A DNA stretch of 39,612 bases from Polyangiales bacterium (GTDB taxonomy: Bacteria > Myxococcota_A > Polyangia > Polyangiales > Polyangiaceae), in NCBI GenBank assembly GCA_038230375.1, contig JBBRNJ010000080.1, positions 1 through 39,612 on the forward strand. The letters run 5' to 3'. The position numbers and the translations under genes are program-made. The notes below the pieces were generated by a model. The model made no database searches. It saw only the letters and a list, made by a program, of their open reading frames with translations, and was not told where the DNA came from. Of the stretch, positions 16,879 to 24,917 are shown piece by piece (the first letter of the stretch is position 1; every line of letters starts with the position of its first letter).

Positions 16879-18630
16879 ATGCGCGCTTCGCTCCTTGCCG
16901 TCACCCTCGCGGCCTTTGCCTCTGCCCTGATCGTCGTCGGCTGTAGCTCCACTGACTCCTCCTCGCCATCGGAGGGAGCCGGTGACCCGGATGCCTCTCC
17001 CGACGCCGCCGCCACTGCCGATGCTGGTCACAACCCCACGAGCGACGGGGGCCCGTCCTCGAAGGACGCAGGCCCGTCCTCGAAGGACGCAGGCGGCGAC
17101 GCGACGGACGCAGGTTTCGACGCGAAGGTCCCGTGCGCGAACGCCGCCGCGTGCGAGCAGGCCGCCGACGACAACCTCAAGGCCGTGAGCGGTAGTCCCG
17201 CGGACCTTGCCGCATTCGTGAAGGGCATGCCCAAGGGCGGTGACCTGCACAACCACCTGACTGGCGCCGTGTACGCGGAGACCTATCTGGGTCTCGCGAA
17301 GAAGGACGGCGACTGCATCAACACCACCAGCTACAGCGCCGTCTTCGCGAACCAGTGCGGAGCAACGAACCAGCCCGTTCCGGCCGCGGGAGCGTTCTTC
17401 GATCAGATCGTCTCCGCATGGTCGATGCAGGGCTTCGTCCCCGGTGGCGCGCAGAGCGGGCACGATCACTTCTTCGCCACGTTCGGAAAATACGGCGCGG
17501 TCGCCGGCGGGCACCGCGACGACACCATCGCGGACGTCGCCAAGCGCGCAGCGGACGAGAACCAGCTCTACGTCGAGACCATGTTCAACCTGGGAAAGAA
17601 CGTTGGCGCGCGCGCCGCCGCGGTGTGGAGCACAACGGTGACCGCCGACATCCTGCAGACGTTCTACGACGCCCTCCTCGCCGATGCCGGGTTCGCCGGC
17701 GCCCTTGCAAACGACGTCGCCGTGGTGAACGACGCATCCACGCGCTATCGAACAACGTTGGGCTGCGGCGGCGCGGGCCAGCCCGCCGCGTGCGACGTCG
17801 GCGTGCGCTTCGTCTCGCAGGTGGCGCGGACCGGTGCGCTCGATCAGCTCTTCGGGCAGCTCGTGAGCGCGTTCGAAATGGCCGCGAAAACGCCCGGCAT
17901 CGTGGCGTTGAACCTGTCCTCGCCCGAGGACGACACCACGTCGCTCAAGAACTACGACCTCCACATGGCGATGCTGGATTTCCTCTACCAGAAGTACACC
18001 GTCACCGGCCTCAGTCCCCTGCACATCACGTTGCACGCAGGTGAACTCGTGCCCAAGTTCCTGCCCCCCGCGTACCCGGACGCCAACACGTTCCACATCC
18101 GCAAGGCTGTCGAGATCGGACACGCCGAGCGCATCGGTCATGGCCTGGACGTCCTGTCGGAGACAGACCCGCAAGGCCTGCTCGACGAGATGAAGAACGC
18201 GAACGTGATGGTGGAGGTCTGCCTGTCGAGCAACATCCAGATCCTCGAGGTGGGTGGCGCCGCCCATCCGCTCGGCGAGTACCTGAAGCATGGTGTTCCC
18301 GTCGCACTCGCGACCGACGATCAGGGCGTGTCGCGCTCCAGCATGGCCGGCGAGTACGCGCGCGCCGTCACCGATCAGAAGCTGGGTTACCGCGACCTGA
18401 AGTCGCTCGCGCGAAACAGCCTCGAGCACGCGTTCCTGCCCGGGCCAAGCCTCTGGCAATCGCTCTCCGCCATGGGGCCCGTCCCCGTCGTGGACTGCAC
18501 GCCCGCCGCCGGCATGGGACTGGGCGACCCCCCGAGCGTCGCGTGCAAGGCGTTCCTCGACACGAGCGAGCGCGCCACCATGCAGTGGGAGCTGGAGCAT
18601 CGCTTCGTGGTGTTCGAGAGCAAGCAGTAG
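16879..18630 (+). CDS. Adenosine deaminase-family lipoprotein (ADGF/ADA2-like)
   Basis: VVGC lipobox; MPKGGDLHNHLTG, LHAGE, RIGHG, VEVCLSSN, LATDDQG metal/catalytic motifs. Confidence 0.9.
   Translation: MRASLLAVTLAAFASALIVVGCSSTDSSSPSEGAGDPDASPDAAATADAGHNPTSDGGPSSKDAGPSSKDAGGDATDAGFDAKVPCANAAACEQAADDNLKAVSGSPADLAAFVKGMPKGGDLHNHLTGAVYAETYLGLAKKDGDCINTTSYSAVFANQCGATNQPVPAAGAFFDQIVSAWSMQGFVPGGAQSGHDHFFATFGKYGAVAGGHRDDTIADVAKRAADENQLYVETMFNLGKNVGARAAAVWSTTVTADILQTFYDALLADAGFAGALANDVAVVNDASTRYRTTLGCGGAGQPAACDVGVRFVSQVARTGALDQLFGQLVSAFEMAAKTPGIVALNLSSPEDDTTSLKNYDLHMAMLDFLYQKYTVTGLSPLHITLHAGELVPKFLPPAYPDANTFHIRKAVEIGHAERIGHGLDVLSETDPQGLLDEMKNANVMVEVCLSSNIQILEVGGAAHPLGEYLKHGVPVALATDDQGVSRSSMAGEYARAVTDQKLGYRDLKSLARNSLEHAFLPGPSLWQSLSAMGPVPVVDCTPAAGMGLGDPPSVACKAFLDTSERATMQWELEHRFVVFESKQ
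17050..17091 (+). repeat. 21-bp tandem duplication (GGCCCGTCCTCGAAGGACGCA) x2
   Basis: Perfect duplication encoding GPSSKDA twice in the linker. Confidence 0.9.
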
Positions 18631-18643
18631 AGAAGCTGCGCGC

Positions 18644-19000
18644 TCAGCGCCGCGCGATGGATACCGCGTCTGGTGCATCCGGCAGTACGTCCAGCGTGAC
18701 CTTGCCGCCGTCCGCCACCACGGACACGAGCGCGTAGGCGCCCGACAGCAGCAGCACCTTCGTCTCGCGCGCCTTCGCGGGGTCCTCGAGCCATGCGATC
18801 TGGTGCGGCTTGAGGCCCTGAAAGAGGCGCGCCGCATCCGTGCCCAAGAGGCCGAACACGGCGCTCGCGCCCTCCTTGATCGCAAGGCCCAAGGCACGAC
18901 ACGTACGCACCGTGAGGCGGTCGGCGCGGACCACCACGCACGCCACCATGCTCGCGTCCTGCGTGCGTACCGCGACGATGTCCTGGGCATGCGTGCTCAT
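18644..19000 (-). CDS. Hypothetical protein
   Basis: Globular-looking 118-aa segment (MSTHAQDIV...) at the 3' end of a longer ORF, filling the gap between flanking genes; start uncertain. Confidence 0.55.
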   Translation of the reverse strand: MSTHAQDIVAVRTQDASMVACVVVRADRLTVRTCRALGLAIKEGASAVFGLLGTDAARLFQGLKPHQIAWLEDPAKARETKVLLLSGAYALVSVVADGGKVTLDVLPDAPDAVSIARR

Positions 19001-19154
19001 GGCCTGCGTGAGAAGCGACACCGCGCGCGCAGCCGCAAGGGCCGACAGTGCGTAGCGTGCGTTCAACGATCTCCCGAGCATCGCGCGCAACCTACCACGG
19101 CGCCGCGCTGCGGTTGCGCTTGCGATGGCGCCCCTTTTCAGAGAGTGTCGTCCA

Positions 19155-19910
19155 GTGAAGACTCGCTGGCTCGCGCTCTTCCTTCTCGCTTGCGGAGCTC
19201 CGGCAGCCCGGGAGCCCGGGCCCCCGCACGAGCGTGCGACACACGAACTTCCCGAGACCGATGCGGGCGTCATCCGCGATGGTTCGGCGGTGACCCAGCC
19301 CGCTGCGACTGCGGACGGGGGCGCTTCGGCCGCCGTGAAGTCCTGCGCCACCATGAACGCGACGTACAACACGGCAGGCATCGACGCCTGCGTGGACGGA
19401 ACGGCTCCAGCAGCGAGCTCCGATTTCCGCGTGTCGATCGACGCGGCTCCACGCGAGGTCCGCGGCGGCGCGACGGTCAAGCTCACGCTACGTATCGAGA
19501 ACGTGACCAGCACCGCTCTGGCCTTCCGCGCCGCGCGTCTCCCGGTCGGGGCACAGCTCGTAGTTGCGAACGAGCGGGGCCGCATCGCGCCACCAGCTGG
19601 TTCGCCGACGATCCTTCCGAACCCCACATGCGCTGCGGTGGATTGTGCTCCGCCGAGCGACGAGCCACGGAGCGTGGTGCCGGTGTCGCTCGCGCCGCAT
19701 GGTGTTCTAGAAGGGACGATCGAATGGAAGGCGAGCCGCGTTGCATGGCCGCCGCCCCAGCGCGAGCTGTGCTGCGGGTCCATGGGAACCACGCCGGACG
19801 TGAGAGGGCCGCTACCGCTGGGCAGCTATCGCGTGACGGTGTCCACGGTCGTCGTGGCGGGGGGCAAGCAGCTCGACCTCACTGCGACCACGACCGTCGA
19901 CGTGAAGTGA
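19155..19910 (+). CDS. Lipoprotein with Ig-like beta-sandwich C-terminus
   Basis: VKTRWLALFLLAC lipobox; VKLTLRIENV ... PLPLGSYRVTV beta-sandwich pattern. Confidence 0.7.
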   Translation: MKTRWLALFLLACGAPAAREPGPPHERATHELPETDAGVIRDGSAVTQPAATADGGASAAVKSCATMNATYNTAGIDACVDGTAPAASSDFRVSIDAAPREVRGGATVKLTLRIENVTSTALAFRAARLPVGAQLVVANERGRIAPPAGSPTILPNPTCAAVDCAPPSDEPRSVVPVSLAPHGVLEGTIEWKASRVAWPPPQRELCCGSMGTTPDVRGPLPLGSYRVTVSTVVVAGGKQLDLTATTTVDVK

Positions 19911-19912
19911 CC

Positions 19913-20545
19913 TCAGCCCCCGAACTGCCACCACTTCTTCTTCGGTGCGTCCGCAGTGGGCGCACTGGCGACAGGAGCTTCGCGCGGCTGCGCGGTCGGT
20001 GGCGCGTGGGGATCGCGTGCGGCGAGGGTCGCGAGATCTTGCGCCGTCAATCGACGTAGGAAGTGGACGGGGCCGGCGCTCGTCACCGCGATGAACGGCA
20101 TGCTCATCTCTACCTCTGCGCTTCCCTGGAGATCGTGGATGCATCTTAGATACGCCTCCGCCACGCGACACAGCACGTTCGCGTCGCCGACCGCGTCGAG
20201 CCCGCGATGCTCGGCCTCGAAGTCACGCGCGAGCGCGATCGTCACGCGAGCGAGCGCGTCGGTTTCGCCGCCCGTTCCCAGGTGGTGTGCGGCGGCGGTG
20301 CGCACGGCCTCGAACGGCGCGGTCTTCTGCGCGAGCAGGCGATTCAGCTCCTCGATGAACTTCACGCGGCCATCGCGCATCCTGTTCGTGCGCAGCTCAT
20401 CGGGCGTGCCAGCGCGAGTCACGACGGGCCGTTCGCCGACGCTGATGACCGCGCCACAAAAACCGCACTCGACAACGGCGGGGATCGCCTTCACCGCGCC
20501 GAGCGGACCACCGCACTGGAGACAGAGAATCGCCTGGGTGTTCAT
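19913..20545 (-). CDS. Zn-ribbon protein fused to a DnaK/Hsp70 subdomain IIB-like segment
   Basis: CLQC...CGFC Zn ribbon; residues ~78-178 align by eye with the DnaK segment FEVLATNGDTHLGGEDFD...GIDL..D...QRLKEAAE...LPYI....GPKH...VT; C-terminal KKKWWQF. Confidence 0.75.
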   Translation of the reverse strand: MNTQAILCLQCGGPLGAVKAIPAVVECGFCGAVISVGERPVVTRAGTPDELRTNRMRDGRVKFIEELNRLLAQKTAPFEAVRTAAAHHLGTGGETDALARVTIALARDFEAEHRGLDAVGDANVLCRVAEAYLRCIHDLQGSAEVEMSMPFIAVTSAGPVHFLRRLTAQDLATLAARDPHAPPTAQPREAPVASAPTADAPKKKWWQFGG

Positions 20546-20548
20546 TGA

Positions 20549-20989
20549 TCAGTCTCCCCCGCCGAGCAATGTGGCGATCACCGTGAGCACCGCATCGCCC
20601 GCGTTGCCTTCGTATTTGCCGGGCCGCATGCCCCACGTCTCGGAGGAGCTGTCGTGCGTCATGGCCATGAGCTCGTGGACGTCGAAGAACGTGCCGTGCG
20701 TCTGGCAGTGGTCGAGCCGGATGCGCTTCGGGGTCCACTCCGCCTGCATCACGACGCCACAGAGCGGGCAGTGAAGCGGCGCCTTGTCGAGCTCCTGACG
20801 CACGTACCCGAGCTTCTCCGTTCCCTGCTCCGCCAACCGCGCTGCGACCTTGTCAGCTCCGCGCCGCACCATGGCTGCATGCTCGGGCGACAGCAGCACG
20901 GCGGCGCACTGCTGGCACTGGTACGCAGAGCCTGCGCCCAGCGGTCGCAAGTTCATCTGCGCTCCACACCGTGCACAGCTGCCGTTCAA
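20549..20989 (-). CDS. Tandem zf-TFIIB-type Zn-ribbon protein
   Basis: CARC...CQQC and CPLC...LDHCQTHGTFFDVHEL; TTG start overlaps the upstream stop (TTGA). Confidence 0.8.
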   Translation of the reverse strand: MNGSCARCGAQMNLRPLGAGSAYQCQQCAAVLLSPEHAAMVRRGADKVAARLAEQGTEKLGYVRQELDKAPLHCPLCGVVMQAEWTPKRIRLDHCQTHGTFFDVHELMAMTHDSSSETWGMRPGKYEGNAGDAVLTVIATLLGGGD

Positions 20990-22365
20990 GGGAGCGTGAG
21001 CTCCGCGAGCGACGCGCCGAACGTTGCACGCACGACCGGCTCCAGCGCGGCCGGCTCTCCCACGATGTGAAACGTACGGTGCGTGTGGGTCGCGCTCTGG
21101 TTGGGCGCGAGCTCCTCACCCGGTGAGCTCGTCTCGATCTCGTAGAAGCCACCCAGCGCCGGCTTTCCCGGACCGGTGGGGCCGTCGTTGTAGCTGTTCA
21201 CGACGTCGCCGCCGTACGGCTCCTTCTGCTGCTCCCACATGCTGTTCACATAAGGCCGCGGGGTCTTCTTCTTCGCGGGCATGGGATACTGGACGATCGT
21301 GAGGAGCTTCGCTGCGGCGCTGTAGCTCCCTGCAAGCCCACGCGCGCGCATGGGACCGAGCCCGATCTTTCCACGCGAAAGGCCATCCACCTTGAAGACG
21401 AGGAAGCTCTTGTCCTCATGAACGGAGAGCCGGTCGGCGGGCACTCTTCCGAAGTATGCGTCGTTCACGATGGGCCCCAGATCGGCTTGTTTTCCAGGCG
21501 AAAACGGGATCACGACGCGACCGTCTGCCGCGGGTGAGAACATCGCGAGGATCCACATGGAGAGGAGGCCGCTGTCCTTCTTCCACGGCGCCTTGCCGAC
21601 GTTCCTGAGCTCGTTCACGGTCTCGAAGCCGACCATCTCGAGCGACGATCCCACCGCGTCTAGCCCGAGCAGACGCCTTGCCGTGTCGCGATCGATGAGG
21701 GACACGCTGCGCTTCACGTCGACCGAGAAAGGTGTGCCCGTCCAGTTCGCCACGTCCATCGCGTGGTGGAAGGAGATCTTCGACTTCGATTGCGTGACGA
21801 CGTCCCACGCACCTTCTTGAAGCGCATGCGGCACCTGCCACGCGTCGAATGCGAACGCGGAGCCCTTCGGAAAGTAGAGTCCGAACTGCCCGCCCTCGGG
21901 TCCGAGCCAGAAGCGATCTTCCCCGCCGTAGTTGTCGAATGCGGTCCCCGTCTTCTCTGCGGCGATGAATGCGCGATGAATCCAGCCGAAGCTGCGGCCC
22001 GTCGTGGAGACGGAGCTGGTCATGACGCGACCCTGGTACTTCGCCGAGACTGCGACGCGCGCGCCAAGATCGCTCTCCAGGATCTGCACGGCCCCATGCT
22101 TCTCCAGGAACGCAACGTCCTCCGCGAAGGTCGGAGCAGTCGCCGGCGCGGTCGCCGCGGTGGGTGCGGTGGATCCGGTGGGCGCGGTCACGGCAGTGCC
22201 TCCGTCGTTCGCAGCAAAGGATGAAGCGGGCGCGACGGATGTCGGCGGCGCAGAGGCAAGCGGTGGCGCGGGCACAGCGGGGATAGGCGGTGCGGGGTCC
22301 GCGCATGCGGCGAGCACCATGACGCCAGGAAGTGCCCAGGAAATGCGTCGTTTGAACGTCCCCAT
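20986..22365 (-). CDS. Lipoprotein, DUF6786-like
   Basis: LAAC lipobox; YQGRVMTS, YGGEDRFWLGPEGGQF, NSYNDGP, FYEIETSSP. Family assigned from recall. Confidence 0.7.
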   Translation of the reverse strand: MGTFKRRISWALPGVMVLAACADPAPPIPAVPAPPLASAPPTSVAPASSFAANDGGTAVTAPTGSTAPTAATAPATAPTFAEDVAFLEKHGAVQILESDLGARVAVSAKYQGRVMTSSVSTTGRSFGWIHRAFIAAEKTGTAFDNYGGEDRFWLGPEGGQFGLYFPKGSAFAFDAWQVPHALQEGAWDVVTQSKSKISFHHAMDVANWTGTPFSVDVKRSVSLIDRDTARRLLGLDAVGSSLEMVGFETVNELRNVGKAPWKKDSGLLSMWILAMFSPAADGRVVIPFSPGKQADLGPIVNDAYFGRVPADRLSVHEDKSFLVFKVDGLSRGKIGLGPMRARGLAGSYSAAAKLLTIVQYPMPAKKKTPRPYVNSMWEQQKEPYGGDVVNSYNDGPTGPGKPALGGFYEIETSSPGEELAPNQSATHTHRTFHIVGEPAALEPVVRATFGASLAELTLP

Positions 22366-22410
22366 GTCAGGTCCATCCTTTTCTCATGGTGCGTGTTGCA
22401 AGGTCCACGT

Positions 22411-23487
22411 TCATTTCGCGAGGAACGCAGAGACCGCGCCCGTGAGCTTCGCTGTCTCGCAGTTGGGAGAGAGATGCCCGCATGGGCCCTCGAGCACGAG
22501 CAGCTGCGCGTTCGCAGCCGCAGAGAACGCCTTGCTCGGGAGCGGGCTCACCATGTGATCTTGCTCCGCCACGACGACCAGCGCCTTTGGCTTGAGGCTC
22601 CTTCCGGCCGCCCCGAGCGAGCCACCGAACGGCTTCGTGAGATCATGCGCGATCATCGCCTCGAGCTGGCGATGCCAGTCGTTCCAGTCGAACTTGGTAT
22701 TCTTCTCGACGTCCGCCATCCACGCAGGGAACGCTTCTCGGCTGGTCTCCTGCGCGCGGTACGCCGGCGTGGAGAGCATGAGGACGTGAAGGTCGTTCAC
22801 GGTGCGGAGCTGCGGATGACCTTCGTAGTCGCCGTTCTTGTACGCCACGTCGGAGTCGAGGGCGTGAAGCTCCGCGTTCCAGAGCAGCAGATCTTGAGAC
22901 GTGAGCTGCGGAGTGCCGACGATCGACACGACGCGCGCGGTGCGCTCGGGATGACGCATCCCCCATGCGAGCGCCTGCATTCCGCCCATGGAGATGCCCA
23001 TGACAGCATGGAGGGTCTGGATGCCGAGCATGTCCATGACGCGCTTCTGACTCTCCACCATGTCCCCGGTGGTGAACCTTGGGAACCGGAGACGTGGCTG
23101 GGTCTTGCTGTTCGACGGAGAGGTGGACACCCCATCCCCGAGCGCGTCGACAAGGATGAGATAGAAGCGGCTCGTGTCGACGAGCTTGTTCGGCACCACG
23201 TCCACGATGTCGCCCGTGGTGCCGGTGAAGTACGTGGGGAACAGGATCGCATTGGACCTGGACGCATCGAGCTTTCCAAAGGTCCGATACCCCACGCGAC
23301 AGTCCTCGATTCGCTCGCCGCTCTCGAGCGGGCAGGTTCCGAGCTCCGCAAACTGCTGCGTCCCGTCACCTACTGCTGCGCGCGTGGTCGCCATGGGCGC
23401 GGGCGGAACGGGCGCGGGAGAGGCGCCGCACGAAAAGAGAGCACACGCGAATGAGAGCAAGCTCACGACCGAAGTGGATGCACGCAT
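22411..23487 (-). CDS. Alpha/beta hydrolase, homoserine O-acetyltransferase (MetX)-like, with lipoprotein signal
   Basis: YRTFGKL...SNAILFPT, nucleophile elbow GISMGG, QDH, CGH; LFSC lipobox. Confidence 0.85.
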   Translation of the reverse strand: MRASTSVVSLLSFACALFSCGASPAPVPPAPMATTRAAVGDGTQQFAELGTCPLESGERIEDCRVGYRTFGKLDASRSNAILFPTYFTGTTGDIVDVVPNKLVDTSRFYLILVDALGDGVSTSPSNSKTQPRLRFPRFTTGDMVESQKRVMDMLGIQTLHAVMGISMGGMQALAWGMRHPERTARVVSIVGTPQLTSQDLLLWNAELHALDSDVAYKNGDYEGHPQLRTVNDLHVLMLSTPAYRAQETSREAFPAWMADVEKNTKFDWNDWHRQLEAMIAHDLTKPFGGSLGAAGRSLKPKALVVVAEQDHMVSPLPSKAFSAAANAQLLVLEGPCGHLSPNCETAKLTGAVSAFLAK

Positions 23488-23526
23488 GAGCGCATTCTAC
23501 GCGTATTTGGCTCGATGACGCGTCTC

Positions 23527-24237
23527 TCACTTGCACGCTGGTACGGCGCCGACGCAGGTCCCGGCATCGCAGCAAACGCCGCCCGCACAGGAGCGCGCTC
23601 CAGAGCAGTCGACCGCGCAGGTCTTCCCGAAGCAGGCGATGCGCTCAGCGCACGTGTCCGGCTGCTCGCAGCGAATGTCACACGAGGCGGCGTCGCAATC
23701 GACCGTGCCAGTGCAGGTGCCAGCTGCATTGCAGCCGACGTTGCAGGAGCTACCGCTACACGCGATGGGTCCGGTGCATGCGCCCGCGCCCACACAGTCG
23801 ATGACGCAGGAGCTGGCGCGCGTGCAATCGATCGCCGCCGTGCAGGCCCCCGCGCCCGTGCAGGTCACAGCGCAAGGAATGCCCGCGGGACAGGCGAGAG
23901 GTCCTGTGCACGTGCCCGCGGCCACACATGCCACCATGCAGGTGCCCGCCGGATCACAGGTGCCCAGGCCCGCTTCGACGCAGAGGGATGGACACACTTC
24001 GGCGGCATCTATGGTCCGCGCGTCATGTGCGTCCACGCCCGCGTCGACTGGGGGCGGCGCGTCGGATGCGTCGTTGCCGCTCGTCCGCGCATCATCCACT
24101 GGGTTTGCCTCGGCGGCCTCGGACGGCAGCACTGCGTTGTCGTCCATGACGAACGTGCCCGTGCGCGACAGGCCGCACGCAGCCGCGATCGACGGCAACA
24201 AGAGCAGCCCGAGCCTTGGGAGAGTGAGGCGCCGCAT
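23527..24237 (-). CDS. Cys-rich repeat lipoprotein
   Basis: IAAAC lipobox; about six units of C-x3-C-x5-C (e.g. CAVTCTGAGACTAAIDC). Confidence 0.8.
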   Translation of the reverse strand: MRRLTLPRLGLLLLPSIAAACGLSRTGTFVMDDNAVLPSEAAEANPVDDARTSGNDASDAPPPVDAGVDAHDARTIDAAEVCPSLCVEAGLGTCDPAGTCMVACVAAGTCTGPLACPAGIPCAVTCTGAGACTAAIDCTRASSCVIDCVGAGACTGPIACSGSSCNVGCNAAGTCTGTVDCDAASCDIRCEQPDTCAERIACFGKTCAVDCSGARSCAGGVCCDAGTCVGAVPACK

Positions 24238-24374
24238 GCTCCAGTGCGGGCAAGCACGACCCACGCCGTCACGAATCCCCGAGAATCGCGGGCTCGCATC
24301 TCGACTCCGGCTACTCTTTCGCCACGATCGCGGCCGAACGCCCCACCGCACCGCTGCACTTTGGCGCGCGTCGT

Positions 24375-24893
24375 TCAGCGCTTCTTAGGTCGCTGCTCCG
24401 CCTTCTCGCGCCTGCGGAGCGCCTCGCGGTAGGCCTTCAGCAGCGCGCGAAATCCAGCGGGGTCTCCACCGTGATCGGGATGCGCCACGAGTGCTCGCTT
24501 GCGGAACGCAAGCTTGATGTCCGCGACGCCAGCGTCCGGCGTGACGCCGAGCACGGCCCAGAGCGACGCGGGCTCCGCGATCTTCGCTGGGGCAGATGGC
24601 GACGCCCGGACCTTGGCATCCACCGGAAAATCGCGGCCGGTCCATGGCGGCATGCCGCGCAGCGTGCGGTTCCAAGCACGAGCCCACTTCGGCTCGATGA
24701 CGGTCAGCGTGCGACCAGCGATCTTCTCCGCCTCCAGCTGCGCCTGCTCCGCGGTGGCGGCGCCGCCGTTCGATGCATCCGGCTTGCGAAACGGATGGCG
24801 TGCAGGAGCCCCCGTCCACCACGCCGCCCACAGAAAGCGGCGACGCTTGGTGCCCGTGATCGAGACGACCGCGACCGAGAGTGTCGTCGCCAC
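24375..24893 (-). CDS. J-domain (DnaJ-class) protein with C-terminal J-domain
   Basis: LWAVLGV...IKLAFRKRALVAHPDHGG...F..L..AY; SD AAGGAG. Confidence 0.88.
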   Translation of the reverse strand: MATTLSVAVVSITGTKRRRFLWAAWWTGAPARHPFRKPDASNGGAATAEQAQLEAEKIAGRTLTVIEPKWARAWNRTLRGMPPWTGRDFPVDAKVRASPSAPAKIAEPASLWAVLGVTPDAGVADIKLAFRKRALVAHPDHGGDPAGFRALLKAYREALRRREKAEQRPKKR

Positions 24894-24917
24894 CCGTTCT
24901 CCTTCGTCAGCGCCTAC

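Noticed and set aside
16795..18990. Long antisense ORFs (e.g. 731 aa here, 491 aa at 28693-30168, 467 aa at 33055-34458)
   Set aside because: Shadow frames of well-supported genes, typical of high-GC DNA; no recognisable motifs.
22411..23487. Assigning the symbol metX
   Set aside because: A lipoprotein signal and no met gene context argue against a cytoplasmic methionine-pathway enzyme.
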